From assembly GCA_022813965.1 (NCBI GenBank), contig JALDZS010000005.1:124001-188000 (forward strand): a stretch of 64,000 bases of DNA, read 5' to 3'. Below are positions 38,290-51,607 of the stretch, in pieces. The notes beneath the pieces are model-generated. The model searched no databases. It worked only from the letters and a program-made list of their open reading frames with translations, and was not told the origin of the DNA. A program made the translations under genes and the position numbers. The stretch's first letter is position 1; each line of letters begins with the position of its first letter. This DNA comes from Toensbergia leucococca (taxonomy: Eukaryota).

Positions 38290-39140
38290 TCAATATTGCT
38301 CATTACAATCTTGATAATATTTGCATTCGCAATAGCAATCGCCCCGTTCCCGGATGGCAGTTTCAATCTGATCCCGGGTAGCCTTCTCAACCTGATCCCG
38401 GATGACCTTCCCTACCTTCGTAAGTATATCCAACGCGAATCCCGGAACATCCGAAACAACACTCTCCAAAAGTGGGACCACCTCACTCCGCTTCCCACTC
38501 GACATCTGGCGACCTTCCATCTTGTTCACTACTTTAGCGATCACTTCAGCCACGGCGATATCGCGAAGCCCTCGGTCTGTCTTAATGGTGGAATTGTAAA
38601 TCTTAGGTACGGAACGGAGAACGGCGATACAGTCGTCATATCCGTTGACCACGTGTTGATAGTTATCCTTGGCTAAGACCGAGAGCGCAGCGACTTGGTA
38701 CTTGTCAGCGATGGCGTACATTTCGACGTGCACATCCAATTCTGAGCGTAGGCTCATGTCGGTGTGAGGACCTGGCAGTATAGCAGGATAGCTTGCGGCG
38801 TAGAAGAAATGGAGCATTCGCTCGACAATGTGCACGTCGTCATCCTTTAGTTCGACTTGCTGAGACGTGGTCTCCTTATTTCGGGTCAGGTTGATGTTGA
38901 TCATGGGGAGGCAGGTTGCTTACCAGGAAGGTGTTGGTACATGCTGCATGGAAAAACTCCGACTGCGAGGAGATCACAACCTTGTGGACGGCGAATCGCC
39001 TGTCTTGGCATATGATGCGGAAGTCTGAAAATTCGTCTGTGTTGAAGGCACTGTTGATGATCAGACATGACTTCGATAATGACATGAAGAAGATTGAAAT
39101 CGTACTTGAGTAGCCCTCCATATTTCTGGGATTCAGGCAT
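38290..39140 (-). CDS. BTB/POZ domain protein; introns 39051-39105 and 38875-38923
   Basis: FSDFRIICQDRRFAVHKVVISSQSEFFHAAC…ETTSQQVELKDDD…VERMLHFFY…VEMYAIADKYQV…DRGLRD. Confidence 0.9.
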
Positions 39141-39664
39141 TGCTTCAATGTCTATGATTATGTTGATAGCGATTTTCTACGTGGAGAAGGCGAAGATGTG
39201 GATCCGTGGAATACTTTGATGGATTGAGTAGGTTGTGATGCACTTAGAAGGAGATGCGTGGATGTGTGCAAGTCGAGAGAAAGAACGATGTTGTACTGAA
39301 ACCTGACACTCGTCTTTGAACAGTCGCAAGATGAAAAGATATCAACACTGCTTTGCTACTATCGAGAAGTTAAGAGAAGGGCGATTCTCCCATTCACTGA
39401 ACGTCAATAAGTAGATCAACGAATGTTATGCCTGGACAGAAATCAAGGCGAAGTTTGAAAAATTTCTAGAAGCCTCTTTCTGACAAACAGCATTGCAAAG
39501 GCCTTGTCGACCGTCTAATCTTTCGAATGAACGCCGTGAACCACCGAAGATGTCTCCAAATCCCGGGAAAGACAGAAACTGTGTCAAAGCCTGTACTCTG
39601 ACGAGTACACGTGGTATTTGGAATGCTCATGAGCTCTGACACGAAAGATCATGTGTCCTACCAT

Positions 39665-40381
39665 TCATCCAATCCATCCTTCACCAACCTGATTTGGTCC
39701 ATCATAGATGGCATAGGTCATCTGCCCATAAGCATTATTTTGTGACCAATCCTGCAAAGCCTCAACAGCCGCGCCCAAAACGCCCCAGGTAATTTCATGC
39801 CCACCAGCATTGTATGCGTGCAAAGAATTACCGCTGTGGCCCGGAATAGTCACACTCCCTCTTGGTAGCAACCCATCGTGGACAACATGGACTTTCACTT
39901 CATTCAAGGTAGCAACAAACAAGTCTGGGATTGAAAGGCCGGGGATCTCCTGCAGCAGAGTGAGGATGACCTGGGAAAAGGTTATTGATAGACAGACAAA
40001 GCGAGAATAGAGAAATAAATCAAATCTTTCGAGCAAAGTGGAGAAAAGATAGTGGTTCAACATACATATGTCTGAGTTCCAGGGGTGCACCATAGTATGT
40101 TGGTATCACTGCTTCGAGGATACAAGCCCCTATTTGTTGGGCCTATAAATTTGCTGAAAGGGATGAAGGGACGTAAGTCAGCAGGTCTTTCTGAGAACTA
40201 GACTCTGAATATGGGACTTCCCAACTCACGTTCCGGCTATCGTTGCTGGACCGTTCTCACAATACCTTGTGCGTGAGGAAGCAAGTAGTATCCCACTGGT
40301 ACCACCGCTCGTTGGATTTGCCAAGCTGAGCACAGCAAAGTGAGCCACTGCCACCACAATCAAAACGATGAAGGCTCGCAT
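39665..40381 (-). CDS. Small secreted protein (181 aa); introns 40154-40229 and 39971-40065
   Basis: Signal peptide MRAFIVLIVVAVAHFAVLSLA. Both splices keep frame. C-terminal ITWGVLGAAVEALQDW…YAIYDGPNQVGEGWIG. Confidence 0.8.
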
Positions 40382-41892
40382 AATTTATCGCTTTTCCTGG
40401 AATATTCAACCTCAAGACAGAACGTCGAAATCGGATGGGAAATCTCCCTTGAAGCAGGAAACAAGGGTAGGATAATCTTTACATCGCGAGAAGAGCCTTG
40501 GAACCCTCAATCTCTCTCTTCTTATGGCTTCAACTCTAGCTGAGCTTCTGTTGAGTTGAATCAAGATAAACTTCACAAGAAATTGTGGAGCTCGCGGGTC
40601 AAAAGAGTGCTTAAGCGCACTTATCGAGTTCCGTCGGATACCTGATAAAACAGGCCTGAGACTTCGGACCAAAGACCCTGGCGCAGGTACGAGGATGATA
40701 CATATTATGCCCACGCTTAGCAGGGCATTGACCAGGCTTTGCTCCACAGCCGACTATCTTATCTCGACTTTGCAATCTAGTTGTGGGGGTTGGTAATCCG
40801 AAATCAGAAGGCAGACACCTGGGCGAGGTAGTGAGCAAAAATGGGTTTCGGCATGTATCCGTCGAGATTATGTGACGCACCGGCGAAAATGAAGGTAAGG
40901 TAATCTAGGGCACACAGAATGGAGGTAAATTATGCATACTGAGACTGCGGTGAGTGGTTTTCGTATAACAGGCAAACAGCAGATGGGAAAACTTTGGACA
41001 TAATGGAGAATAGAGCGGAGAGAAGCTTGATAGGACGGGTATTGGAGAAATTAGCGCGGGATGTGGTTGTGGGGGCGCGTGGGATTCATGAGATGCGAAA
41101 TGACAAAAGAAAGACTTGCGATGTTTCAGTTGGACCATTCTCGTTGCCAGAACATGCGTTTCATCCATCAATGCTTTTTCAGAACAGGCAAGCAAATACC
41201 CATGTTCTCACTTCTCAAATCAGCCAATACTTTTGTTGATCCAAATCGGTAATCCAATCACAATGCCGTCAAGATGTTTGAGCCACAAAGTTTTCAAAGC
41301 GCGAATAAGACAGGTTTCAGCTTTGTGGCGGCTTGTGAATCACGATCTTATCTTTTCCTGGCGACACAAGCAATCGTCTTGATGCAGTACTATATATTAG
41401 GTAAGCTTACCTGGGTAGGTAGTGCTGTGCTCACCTGCCTGAGCGAGAAGCTGCAGCCTAATCCGGACCTGATAATTAAATAGCAGGCAACTGAAACATT
41501 AGAATTGCACCCTGACTGCAGCAAAAAAGAAATAGCTGCATGTCATGGAGCGAAAGACATATGAATTGAATGGCGACGGTGCTGTTGTGTGAAGGTGTAT
41601 TGGTGAAGCATACAAATCACCAACAAAGCACTCCAAAGCATCTGTTGAGGAAGCGCCCTCCAAGTCTGGCCCGGCTACCTTGAGATGGCTGCGAGGCTGT
41701 CTTCAGCTAGCGGTGTATATAACCGTACATCACACCTGGCAGCCTAGTTGTAGGAAGCGTCTCTCCATAAACAGTCAAGTCCCCAAGACAAGATTTGTGA
41801 AAAGCATGCTCTCCACGAACACCAGTTGATCAGCTTTAGCGCTTCCTTTTTTCAGGACCTGTGAACCATATTTCCTCTCATAAATATAAATA

Positions 41893-42579
41893 ATGGGCTT
41901 CTCGTCCTTCAATTCGGGACCGGCTGACATAAGTGTGGATCCGAATGGAGCTTCCGATTTCGACTCACAGCGTGCTTTGTATGGTCCAATAAATTCACGC
42001 ATGCCACAAGGACAGCTTCTTGCTCTAAGCCGTACCGAATTCCTCATACAACAAAGCTCCTACCAGGTTCTACGAGACCAATTCCTTCTTCTTATCCGTG
42101 GCCTTGGCGGCCGGGACCTCCCGATGTCTCGCGAAGACGAGACTTTGATGACTGCGTTACGTCAAATTGAAAAATGCTTGCGCGTATTATGGCAGCGAAT
42201 CAGCGTATTCGAAATACCCTACGAAGGCTCGGGCGGTACCTTGGGACTTTTAGAAAAGGTTCTCTGCTCGCTGGAAGGACTGGTGAGGGAGATGCTTGAT
42301 ATGTTCAATCAAATGAGAGTGCTTCAGCCCGAAAAAGCGCCAGGACGAATGGAGAAAGATTTGTTGAAGAGGGACATCGAACCAAAGGTCAAACCTCTAG
42401 CGGATGAGCTACTACATACGTGTACGAGGGCAGAGCTGTGGGCGACTGATGTTCAGGCGTTGGGGGATTCGTGTCATCTCCAGGCCGTAAAGGAATTATG
42501 GAAGAAGATGAACGAGCGAAAGACTTCCAAGAAGAGGGAAAGTCTCGCCAACAAAAGTGAGAGGGTCAGAAGCGCGTAA
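41893..42579 (+). CDS. Hypothetical intronless, probably helical protein (228 aa)
   Basis: ATG ORF with amphipathic helical periodicity. TATA-like elements at about 41716 and 41884. No family recognised. Confidence 0.6.
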   Translation: MGFSSFNSGPADISVDPNGASDFDSQRALYGPINSRMPQGQLLALSRTEFLIQQSSYQVLRDQFLLLIRGLGGRDLPMSREDETLMTALRQIEKCLRVLWQRISVFEIPYEGSGGTLGLLEKVLCSLEGLVREMLDMFNQMRVLQPEKAPGRMEKDLLKRDIEPKVKPLADELLHTCTRAELWATDVQALGDSCHLQAVKELWKKMNERKTSKKRESLANKSERVRSA

Positions 42580-43679
42580 TTGGAGTCTTTGAAATTTTGT
42601 GGATATGTTCTATACTTCACACAGCGTTAGTATATGTGTCAGCATGGGGAGTACAGAAAAGCATTATTGGTGGAGAGAATGACGGCAAAGGATGATGGGA
42701 GGAAACAGATGAGGAGCGAAATCGTAGAGTGGTACTAGACTAAGCTTTGAATCTGCAATTTCTCGGAAGAGACTGCTGATGTGTAACCGACTGACCATAT
42801 TCGACGAATCCAATGAACATTATTGAACTGAAATTTGCAGATTGATCAGCATACACTGTTCGCGATAACCAGTCTGCCAGTCAAGAGACATATCTGCTGT
42901 CATGCCGGATGTATTGTTTTGCTCTCACGAGCTCAAAGGGACTGATCAACCAATGTGATGACGAGGGCGCGATCTCCCAAGAACAAGACATGCATTATAC
43001 TGCGATAGAGCCGATTAGAATCTTTTCAAATCCTTTGATGATCAACGACTCACTCATTCTGTACATTCTGATGTGTCCAAGCTACTTCAGTGAAAGACAA
43101 GAAGTTTGCTTGGAAAGGGATCCATGGCAGAAGTGTTGTGAGCCATTCAGAGACAGCTTCTTGTGATTGGACGAAGTGAATGGAGTACTGCAGCAATGAG
43201 AGGGCTGGGTTAAAAAGTGTGATAGAAAAGCAGGGACTGTTGATGTTGTCATTGAAGCTGCAGATTAATTGTTCTTTATTGAGAAGGAATCCGGTCAAAG
43301 TGCGCCGCCATCAGGTGAGGTGACTATGTTCGCGTGAAAAACTTCATGAGGTTTTCCACGCGCTTCTCGTACAGTAAATAATTGTAAACATGAGAGTGAG
43401 GGCATCGAGGGCTTTATACAGATTTAGGTCAGATCATCATCAACCCTTGCTAGCGTCAGGAGGGGATGAACAATGAGCACCTTCATGGAGGTATTGATCA
43501 ATGATTATGTTCATTCATGGCCTGATGCGCATTTAATCCGACCCTCTTCCAATGTACTATCACCATCTCTGCATTGACCTGTTTCCATTTCCGTGCTTTG
43601 CTCTTTCTGATCGCTAGACGCTTATGTATGCAGCACTGGCACCCGTTACAAGCGATTCTTTACACTCTCTGGGCTCCTC

Positions 43680-46600
43680 ATGCAGGTTCGTGAACCCCTC
43701 TACTCAATTTCTACTGGCTTCACCTTCACCGAGCCTCTTTCAATACAACTGCTACCGCCAGTGTATTTCTCTTGACCTTCAGTCCACCCGCAGCATTACT
43801 CCCCATCCTCGCTCGACAGACACTCAAGCCGTAGAGAACCAAGCTCACTCTCTACCCTCCGCGCAGACAACACCAAGGACTCGCGATCTTGGTGGAGGGA
43901 GATATACTGTCAAACGAGGACACATCCCTCAACTGTCAATCAGCGACGACAACCACCACGTAACAGAAGCGATTGGGGATATGTATGGGGATCATCACTA
44001 TGGAAAATATGATCCAAGGCCACTGAGCTATATGAGCTCCCCTCCGAGAACCCCAAATGAACAGCCTAGCCAAAGCGCTCGTCTTGAACCGTCCATAACC
44101 TTTACACCAAGGACTCCATTGACGAGGACAATTTCCAACGAGAGGTTACCGCCTCAATTAAACGGCCAAGGCAAGATGATGTCCGGGAGAAGCAACTCAT
44201 ACGGTCTTGAGAATGGGCCTCTTTCACCACCACTTGCCATGCAAGACCGTTCACCTTCTGACACAGCCAATTCTCAGTTCCCTCTAAACGACCTAGACTA
44301 TGAATCAGACCCTGCAGCAGTGGCTCAAGAGTTGAGTAATTTGCAAGCGCTACGCAGAATGTCCATGGACGTGAATCCCGCCGGTGATCCTGATTTACCA
44401 ACTTTCAATTCAAACTTTGGCATGCCTACTGCGGCGCCTACTGGCGAGGCTGATGAAGACGACACATCAAGGCTGTTTTGGGTACCTGCGAGACTACATC
44501 CAGAGTTGGCACCTAAAGAGTTCAAAACATTTCTAGACAGCAGGGTGGATTCAATCAAAAGAAGATCGGGGGAGAGCTCTCTTTCACCGGAGAATTCACA
44601 ACGTCAAGGGTCCAGCAGCCTAAGGAGGAAGAAGTCTATGTTATCCAGACAGATCGACAACTCGGGCGGAAGAGGCGCAGATGGATACACAGATGGCGCA
44701 GAGGTTCTAGACCGGAAACGATCTTTATCAGGCCAGGAGACTTTGAATGTTGGGATCTCGAATTTGCAGGAATTGGAAGTCCTTGTCAACGATCCTGCCA
44801 AAGCGATACAGAAGCTGAGTATAGATACTGAGCAGCATGCCGTTGGAGGCGAGGTGCCGGCGAGTGAGGACATGCCTATACTCCCTGCTGCTCCAGTAAG
44901 CAACTCACTTCGAAGATCTACTCGAACGACGTATCGGAGAGGTAGTTTGAAGAAGGGTGAACGAGTTCCTTTCTCAAGACGTGCAGCTAAGGCAGCGGAG
45001 ACAGATACTGAGGATTCGCCATCTTCACCAATGACTCCAGCAGGTGAAATACTTAGTCTATCAAGAGTCCAGACAGAACCATCCATAGTTAATGACAAGG
45101 CCCCAGAGAATTTCTCAAGGCCTGGACGACTAAATAGGGCGCGAATTGTGCCTCTGGCTAACCCCGCGGTTGCACCAACCAACGGAATCCCACCCCCACA
45201 ATCGTCAACGGAAACACGAGAAAGACCTCGGTCACCACCAAGGCCTAAGCCCTTCGTCTCTCAGATCGCTAGTAATGGCCGGTCTAGTATATCTCCCACT
45301 ACGTTAGGCAGGCCCGTACCCCAGATTATCGAAACACCCCCGCCTCCAGACCTAACAAAGGTGGCACCTCCGATACTCAAACCAAGCCACCTACCTGAGC
45401 GCTCGTCATCCCATGAGCCTCCGCCTTCTTTGCCCCCGCAAGCTCCATTGATCAATGGGCCTCCTTCGATACGGGGAGCCAAGTGGCCTCCCCCTGCGCG
45501 ACAGATTCAAGGCGAAAAGGGAAATCAGACGTTGAAAGATATGGCTGCACATCCTTCTCCATTGCCTGGTAATAGCACGAGAACAGACAGCCTATCCTTC
45601 ATACCTACGCTCACTGAAGACAAGAAGGTCGACAATAGGAAACCCAAGGACCGGCGGGACAAGGATGCCAATGATGGTCCACGAAAATCGAGTTGGAGCT
45701 GGGGTTCACTATTAGGCAATGAAGAGAAGGAAAAAGAGAAGAAGAGAGAGGAAGATGCTAAGAAAGTCAAGTCAAAATTGGCAAAGCCGCCAGATAAAGC
45801 CCACGATAATACGAGGCTAGATGTGCTTCAAACCACCATGGAAGGTAGTAGAGGTCGGGAGAGTATTGTGCTTGACCGGGGAGATGTGAAACTTGAAGAG
45901 GAGCGGAAAAAGGAGAGTGCTCGGAAGACTTCTGGTGGTGATGGCAAGAAAGATAAAGATCCAGGGCTCTTCTCGTCGCTGTTTGGTGGCGGCAAGAAGA
46001 AGGGTGAACGTGAATCTGCAGGAAAGAAACATTTTGCACGTAATCTATCACCTGATCCGCCGCAGCGCATATTGAAGCCCGACGTTGACTACAGCTGGAC
46101 TCGCTTCTCGATTCTCGAAGAGCGAGCAATCTACCGAATGGCTCATATCAAGCTTGCTAACCCTCGCCGCGCATTACATTCCCAAGTCTTACTCAGTAAT
46201 TTCATGTACTCATATCTTGCAAAGGTCCAGCAAATGCACCCACAGATCCAGATTCCTCAGTCTGCGGCCCAAAAACAACAGCAGGCACAACAGAGGAAAG
46301 CCGAACAACCCGAGGAGTTCTCCCAGTACCAAAAATACCAAGAGGTAAATAGCCCCCTCAATCGCATTATGACATGACGAACTGATGATTACGAGTAGCA
46401 ACAAAAGCAACAGGAGCAACACGAAGCACGAGACGACAACCATTCACAACACGAAGGCCCTAATTACGTTGAGGACTCGCAGATGTACGATTGTGACCAT
46501 GCAGAACACGAGAACAGACACCGGCCACAATCAAGGGCCAGCCAGCACAGCACACATAGCACAGAGAACGGCAATACTCACTACAACCACCATCATCGGA

Positions 46601-46701
46601 CGCAACACAATCCGGGCAAGACTCCGCAGCTAGCGTCACCTTACCAGTATCAACAATCTCAATTCGAGGATCCACAGGCAGATGACGACGACATGTGGTG
46701 A
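43680..46701 (+). CDS. ZDS1: Zds1-like protein (PP2A-Cdc55 regulator); introns 43686-43782 and 46345-46398
   Basis: ELSNLQALRRMSMD, LFWVPARLHPELAPKEFK, and C-terminal Zds motif RFSILEERAIYRMAHIKLANPRRALHSQVLLSNFMYSYL. The micro-exon ATGCAG|gttcgt gives the likely start. Confidence 0.9.
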
Positions 46702-47227
46702 AGCTCACTGCAATAACGTTCTCTGCCTAATGTAGGACTTTGCTGTTCAAGGACCAGAAAAGGCCGGCTGGAATCACTCCCTTTCATCATTTTCTTCAAG
46801 CATAGCTAGCAAACGGGGTTGTCTTTACAGTACTCTTTTCTCTGTCTAGTAATGGGTTTCCAATAGGGAACAGGGTACAGTCGGCGGCTTGTTAAAGTAC
46901 TTTGGAGACTTCTGCGAGCACAATGTAATCTAGGGATGAGACGCTAAGCCCCCTTTTGCTGAGAAATTAATGTACGTTTACAACTATGAGGTACATGTCC
47001 CCAAAGATCTGACATGAGATGACCGAGCTGGCAGGCTGGGAAGCATGATGAGGAATCACCCCAAACGCCACTTTCCCAGCCCTACGGACTGCATCCCTAC
47101 TCGAGATGTCATCATCAGAAATGACGCCTCCCCTCTTCAATAAATACAAATACACCAATTGACAAATCTTTGTATTTCCATTTAGATCGTCCCCGAATAC
47201 ATTTCTTCCCGAATACATAAACACCTG

Positions 47228-47932
47228 ATGCGCCTCCCTTCATTCCCAACCATCATCCGCACCTTCTACACCCTTGCAGCAAACACCACGACTCGAGCCC
47301 TTCCCCAATCCCGCCACTCGATCTCGCCCTTCACCCGAGCGATCGTCCTGAAGTCTATGCCTACGATCCCCTTCCTTGGATCCCTATTCAGCAGTTCCAG
47401 CTCCCAGAAAGACAAGATGTCGTATCCCGTGCAGAAGAGTGACGATGAGTGGCAAGCTGTTTTGAATCCTGGTATGTTACATATCTAGCGTTTCGAGCTT
47501 CAATCCAAAAGGTCCTACAATTCTCGTTACGAAGTATGACTAACGCATGTTTCTTCAGAGCAATTCCGCATTCTTCGCGAAAAAGGTACTGAGGCTCCTT
47601 ACGCAGGCGTTTACGACAAGCACATGCCTAGCGAAGGCGTCTACAACTGCGCTGCCTGCGCAGCGCCCCTCTATAAAGCAACCCATAAGTTCAAGTCCGG
47701 CTGCGGGTGGCCGGCATACTTTGATTCGATACCGGGTGCGGTGACGAGGCATACGGATAGCACGTTTGGGATGAGCAGGACGGAGATTGTGTGTAGTAAT
47801 TGCGGAGGCCATTTGGGACATGTGTTCAAGGGAGAGGGATATCCGACGCCCAAGGATGAGAGGCATTGTGTCAACAGCGTTAGTTTGACGTTTCAGAACG
47901 AGGAGCCGGCGAAAGGGGAGAGTAAGGTATGA
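47228..47932 (+). CDS. MXR2: Peptide methionine-R-sulfoxide reductase MsrB; intron 47472-47558
   Basis: SDDEWQAVLNPEQFRILREKGTE, YNCAAC, KFKSGCGWPAY, RTEIVCSNCGGHLGHVF, RHCVNS. Confidence 0.95.
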
Positions 47933-48187
47933 GGTGGGCTGAGTTTGCTCTGATACGACAGCCTTTCCTTTGAAAGAAGCAAGTTTCTAAAATGAGACTC
48001 CAATTCTATCTACCAGATTGAACGAAATGATTTCATGACTTTCTTTTCATCATGGGGCTCTTGCAAATTTCGATCGCATTGGAAAACATTACGTACGCCG
48101 AAAACGAGGGACTATCTGAATTGCTCATGATTGTGTAGGAAATCACAAACCAAAGATTAAGATGTTGGTGCTTGACAAGTCCTGTGT

Positions 48188-49030
48188 TTAATCTTTGATG
48201 TTGGATCCAGATGTATTACCTGCGCTAAAGGTATAGAAATGCTCAAACTTCCGCCAGGAGTGCGAGCTTGATAGAGAGAAGATCTTCATTGTCCACGGCG
48301 TTGACCTTGCAATTTCTATCTGTGCGCTGTTGTCAAGCCCACTCGCTGATACATATTCATGAATGGCGACGAAGCAGTTGATTGGGATGAGATTATCTTC
48401 GATATCCAGGACACGGTATCGTCTGCTTCTGCGCCAACCGGGAATCTGAGACAGTAGAAGAATGTGTTCCTGGATAAGGAATTGGCAAACCATTTTAGGG
48501 ACTTGATAGAATGAGAATTGTAGGGAAAGCAAACGACAAGCGGAAACTTCCATATCAACAGAAATGAGTTTATGAAGCTACTGACCTCATCATACCATTT
48601 GTGCAGCCTGACGAAATGAGCTTATTTCTTCAGACAGAAATGCAACGTTGCTCACTCGTTCTCATCATTCATGTCCTTCAAAGACATCTCCAGCCATACC
48701 ACCATCGAAGCATCCGGCGAGTACTCTCCTTTCGAAGAGATCAATTGTTCAGCCATCCTCTGCTTAAAAGCCATCCCATTCCTCAACAGTTTGGTTTCTC
48801 TTTCCGACGCATTGGGGCGTAGATTCAGATACAATGGATCTTGTAAGTTGTGCACATGTTGCAAATCATAAATGGCGAGCCAGTTGGGCGTCTTGCCGTC
48901 GATAGCTTTATATCGCCTCCCGGAATAGAAAAAGGGTAATCGTAAGCGCAGTGGACCACTGCTAGCTATTCAATGAGAATATATGACTTTCAAAAGAATT
49001 GACCTACTGCTCATTGTTGTACCAGTCATG
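48188..49030 (-). pseudogene. Possible degraded gene relic
   Basis: Consecutive short protein-like minus-strand fragments (48652-48864, 48188-48553) interrupted by stops. No family recognised. Confidence 0.25.
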
Positions 49031-49551
49031 GAATCTGGTGGGATCAATGATGTACAGACTCGGCAATTACATTCATCACTAACTTACTCCTCCTCGCTGG
49101 TTGACTGCTTGGGCTCCATACAAACGGCCAGCATCCCTTCTGGCTCTGAGATGCACTCTCGAGCCCATATTTCTACCATTGCCAAAGTGGGTGTCTAACA
49201 AGGTGAGGTATTTTGATCCTGTTTTCAAGTATGTTACCCCAAATACCTTACTCTTAGATAGATCATCTAAAAATCATGTAGGGGTCTTCCCCAAACCCTG
49301 CTAATAGTATTGATGAGAGTTGAACGATGAAGCTCACGACAAACCCTAACCTTGGCTCTAACAACCAATTTTGGTCACCGTAGCAAGCTCCACCAATCAG
49401 ACTCACTTGTGACATAACATAAGGTATTTCAAGCAACGGATCGGTGAAATGCTGGAAACTTAAGCATGCCGTGTAGCTGTACTCTTCTACGAGTAGACCT
49501 CAGCTTAGATTCTAGGATCGGTTCATGAATCATTCCTAATCGATATACACA

Positions 49552-51607
49552 ATGTCGAGGAGAGTCGCCAACCCGGCAGCAGATCGCGCAGCTCAAAATC
49601 AGCAGACGATTAAAACAATTTTAAAGCTTGAGGGCAACAAGAGTTGCGCCGACTGCAAGCGAAACAAGCGTATGCCCCATGCAAAGCTGCAGATCATTCA
49701 GAAGAGCTTGCATTCTAGTACGTTTACTGACGCCTTTCCTGTCCGTAGATCCAAGATGGGCTAGCTGGAATCTCGGTGTATTCGTGTGCATTCGGTACAA
49801 AGTCTTCTACTGCAAAAGATGGGATTGTCAATACTGACAGTATGCAAAGCTGTTCTGGAATACACCGGGGGATGGGAACACATATAAGTCGGGTAAAATC
49901 TGTGGATTTAGATTCTTGGACGGATGAGCAACTTCAGAGTGTGCTACGCTGGGGCAATGCAAGGGCAAATAAGTTTGTCTTTCACCAACTGGAAGAACAG
50001 AAATTGATTCTGACTTCTCATAGATACTGGGAGGCAAAATTAGCACCGGGACACGTTCCTTCTGAAGCGTCAGTGGAAGCTTTCAATTTAATCGTTGACA
50101 GCCGCTGAAGAATCTCAATAGGAAGATCGAGAATTTCATACGAACCAAATATGAGTCTAAGCGCTGGGTGATGGAGGGTGGCCTCCCAGATCCGGAGACT
50201 CTGGATGCTGATGGCGATGATGACGTGGTGTGTATATGGTGTACATCTTTACACATACGGCTTCGAGCTGACAATCCTATCTAGCCCTTAAATGTTGTGC
50301 AGGAGAAAGCTAAATTAGGACGTGCATCGTCGCAACGTATCACTTCCATGCCTAGTCAGCCAGTCTCACAAGCACGAATTGCCGTAGCAAAAGTGGATCT
50401 ATTTGGTGACGACGTGCTGGCACCAACACCTCCTGCTAGACCAAGTACGACCGACACCCCTGGTGTTCGACCTCCTCCTCCAAAGTCTTCGGTTTCAATA
50501 AAGCAGACCAAGCCTGGAGACTCTTTATTAGGTCTCGACTTTTTTGGCGGTCCGCCATCAGCCCCAATCGGTAGACCGTCTTCAAATCCTTCAGGGTCAA
50601 CGGGTCCTTCGCGCCCAGACCTCAAGCAGTCGATCCTCTCTCTCTATGCTTCGGCTCCTCGTCCGCAAACCCAGCCGCAGAACACCCGCCAAGGCTCATT
50701 TGGAGCCATGCAATCACCCCCAATCACGCAGTCATCAAACTTTGCGCCACCAAATGATGCATTTAGCGGTCTTAGTTTCACTTCGTCAACATCGCCTCCT
50801 CCATCTCAACCCCATCAACCCAAGGCGTCTCCTTTTGCAGGCTTCGACACTTTTGGTAGCCAACGATCTAACATCGCTTCCCCGCAAGTGACTTCTCCTC
50901 CTTTGACTGGTGGGGGGTTCTTTGATACAGGCCCAAAGCCACCGCCGAAACCTACAGCTCCAACCAAACCTTCAGTACAAGCTCCACAAGCACAGCGGAT
51001 CTTTAGTTCCTCTAGTGGCTTTGGTGATTTTAGCTCTGCGCCCAGCCCAACATTCATCGTACCTAAGCCGGCAAAAGGAGATTCGAAAGATTCATTTAAC
51101 TTCTCTAACTCTTCACACTCGCCACTACCTACAAACGCTCCTATCCCCTCCAAAATCTCTTCGGACGTCAAATCAGCGTTCAACCTATCTGCACCAGCGG
51201 CTCCTTTACACTCGGTACCGAAGTCAGCACCTCCCACCCAGACTAGTGCACCATCTTTATCTGGGTTTTCCAACGTAGATGCATGGGGCTCAAATGATGC
51301 ATGGGCAACTCCGGAACCTACCGCCATTGCCCCGAAGCCAAAGACAACGAAACCACCGCCTGCAGTCTCAGCAGCCGCGAACGACTTGGGATGGGGCGGT
51401 AGCCCATCTAATGATAGGGGATTTGGTGATAGCGGCGGCGACGGGCTCAATTTGCAAGGTCCCCCAAAAGTAGCACCAGATGAAGACTTTGGCGGCTGGA
51501 CTAGCGCGGCGCCTGCAATGCCTGCAGCAAAACCGCCTTCGCAAACCGCGAAACCGACGACCGGATTTGGCGGAAGTGACGATTTGTTCTCGAATGTTTG
51601 GGAATAG
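49552..51607 (+). CDS. AGE2: ArfGAP, SMAP/Age2-like; introns 49670-49748, 49795-49849, 49973-50023, 50069-50121, 50228-50284
   Basis: Spliced CADCKRNKHPRWASWNLGVFVCIRCSGIHRGMGTHISRVKSVDLDSW, FIRTKYESKRW, LLGLDF, DLKQSILSLY, and C-terminal DLFSNVWE. Confidence 0.93.

Noticed and set aside
42955..43072. C/D-box snoRNA-like arrangement (GTGATGA…TGATGA…CTGA)
   Set aside because: No terminal stem and no rRNA-complementary guide that I could recognise. It needs a snoscan/Rfam search.
47034..47081. 9-bp inverted repeat ggctgggaa/ttcccagcc upstream of MsrB
   Set aside because: Short stem with a long loop, within chance expectation, and no TSD or RNA-family features.
49341..49352. Telomere-like AAACCCTAACC, considered as a telomerase RNA template
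   Set aside because: A single short motif just upstream of the ArfGAP gene, with no room for a long RNA. More likely chance or a promoter element.
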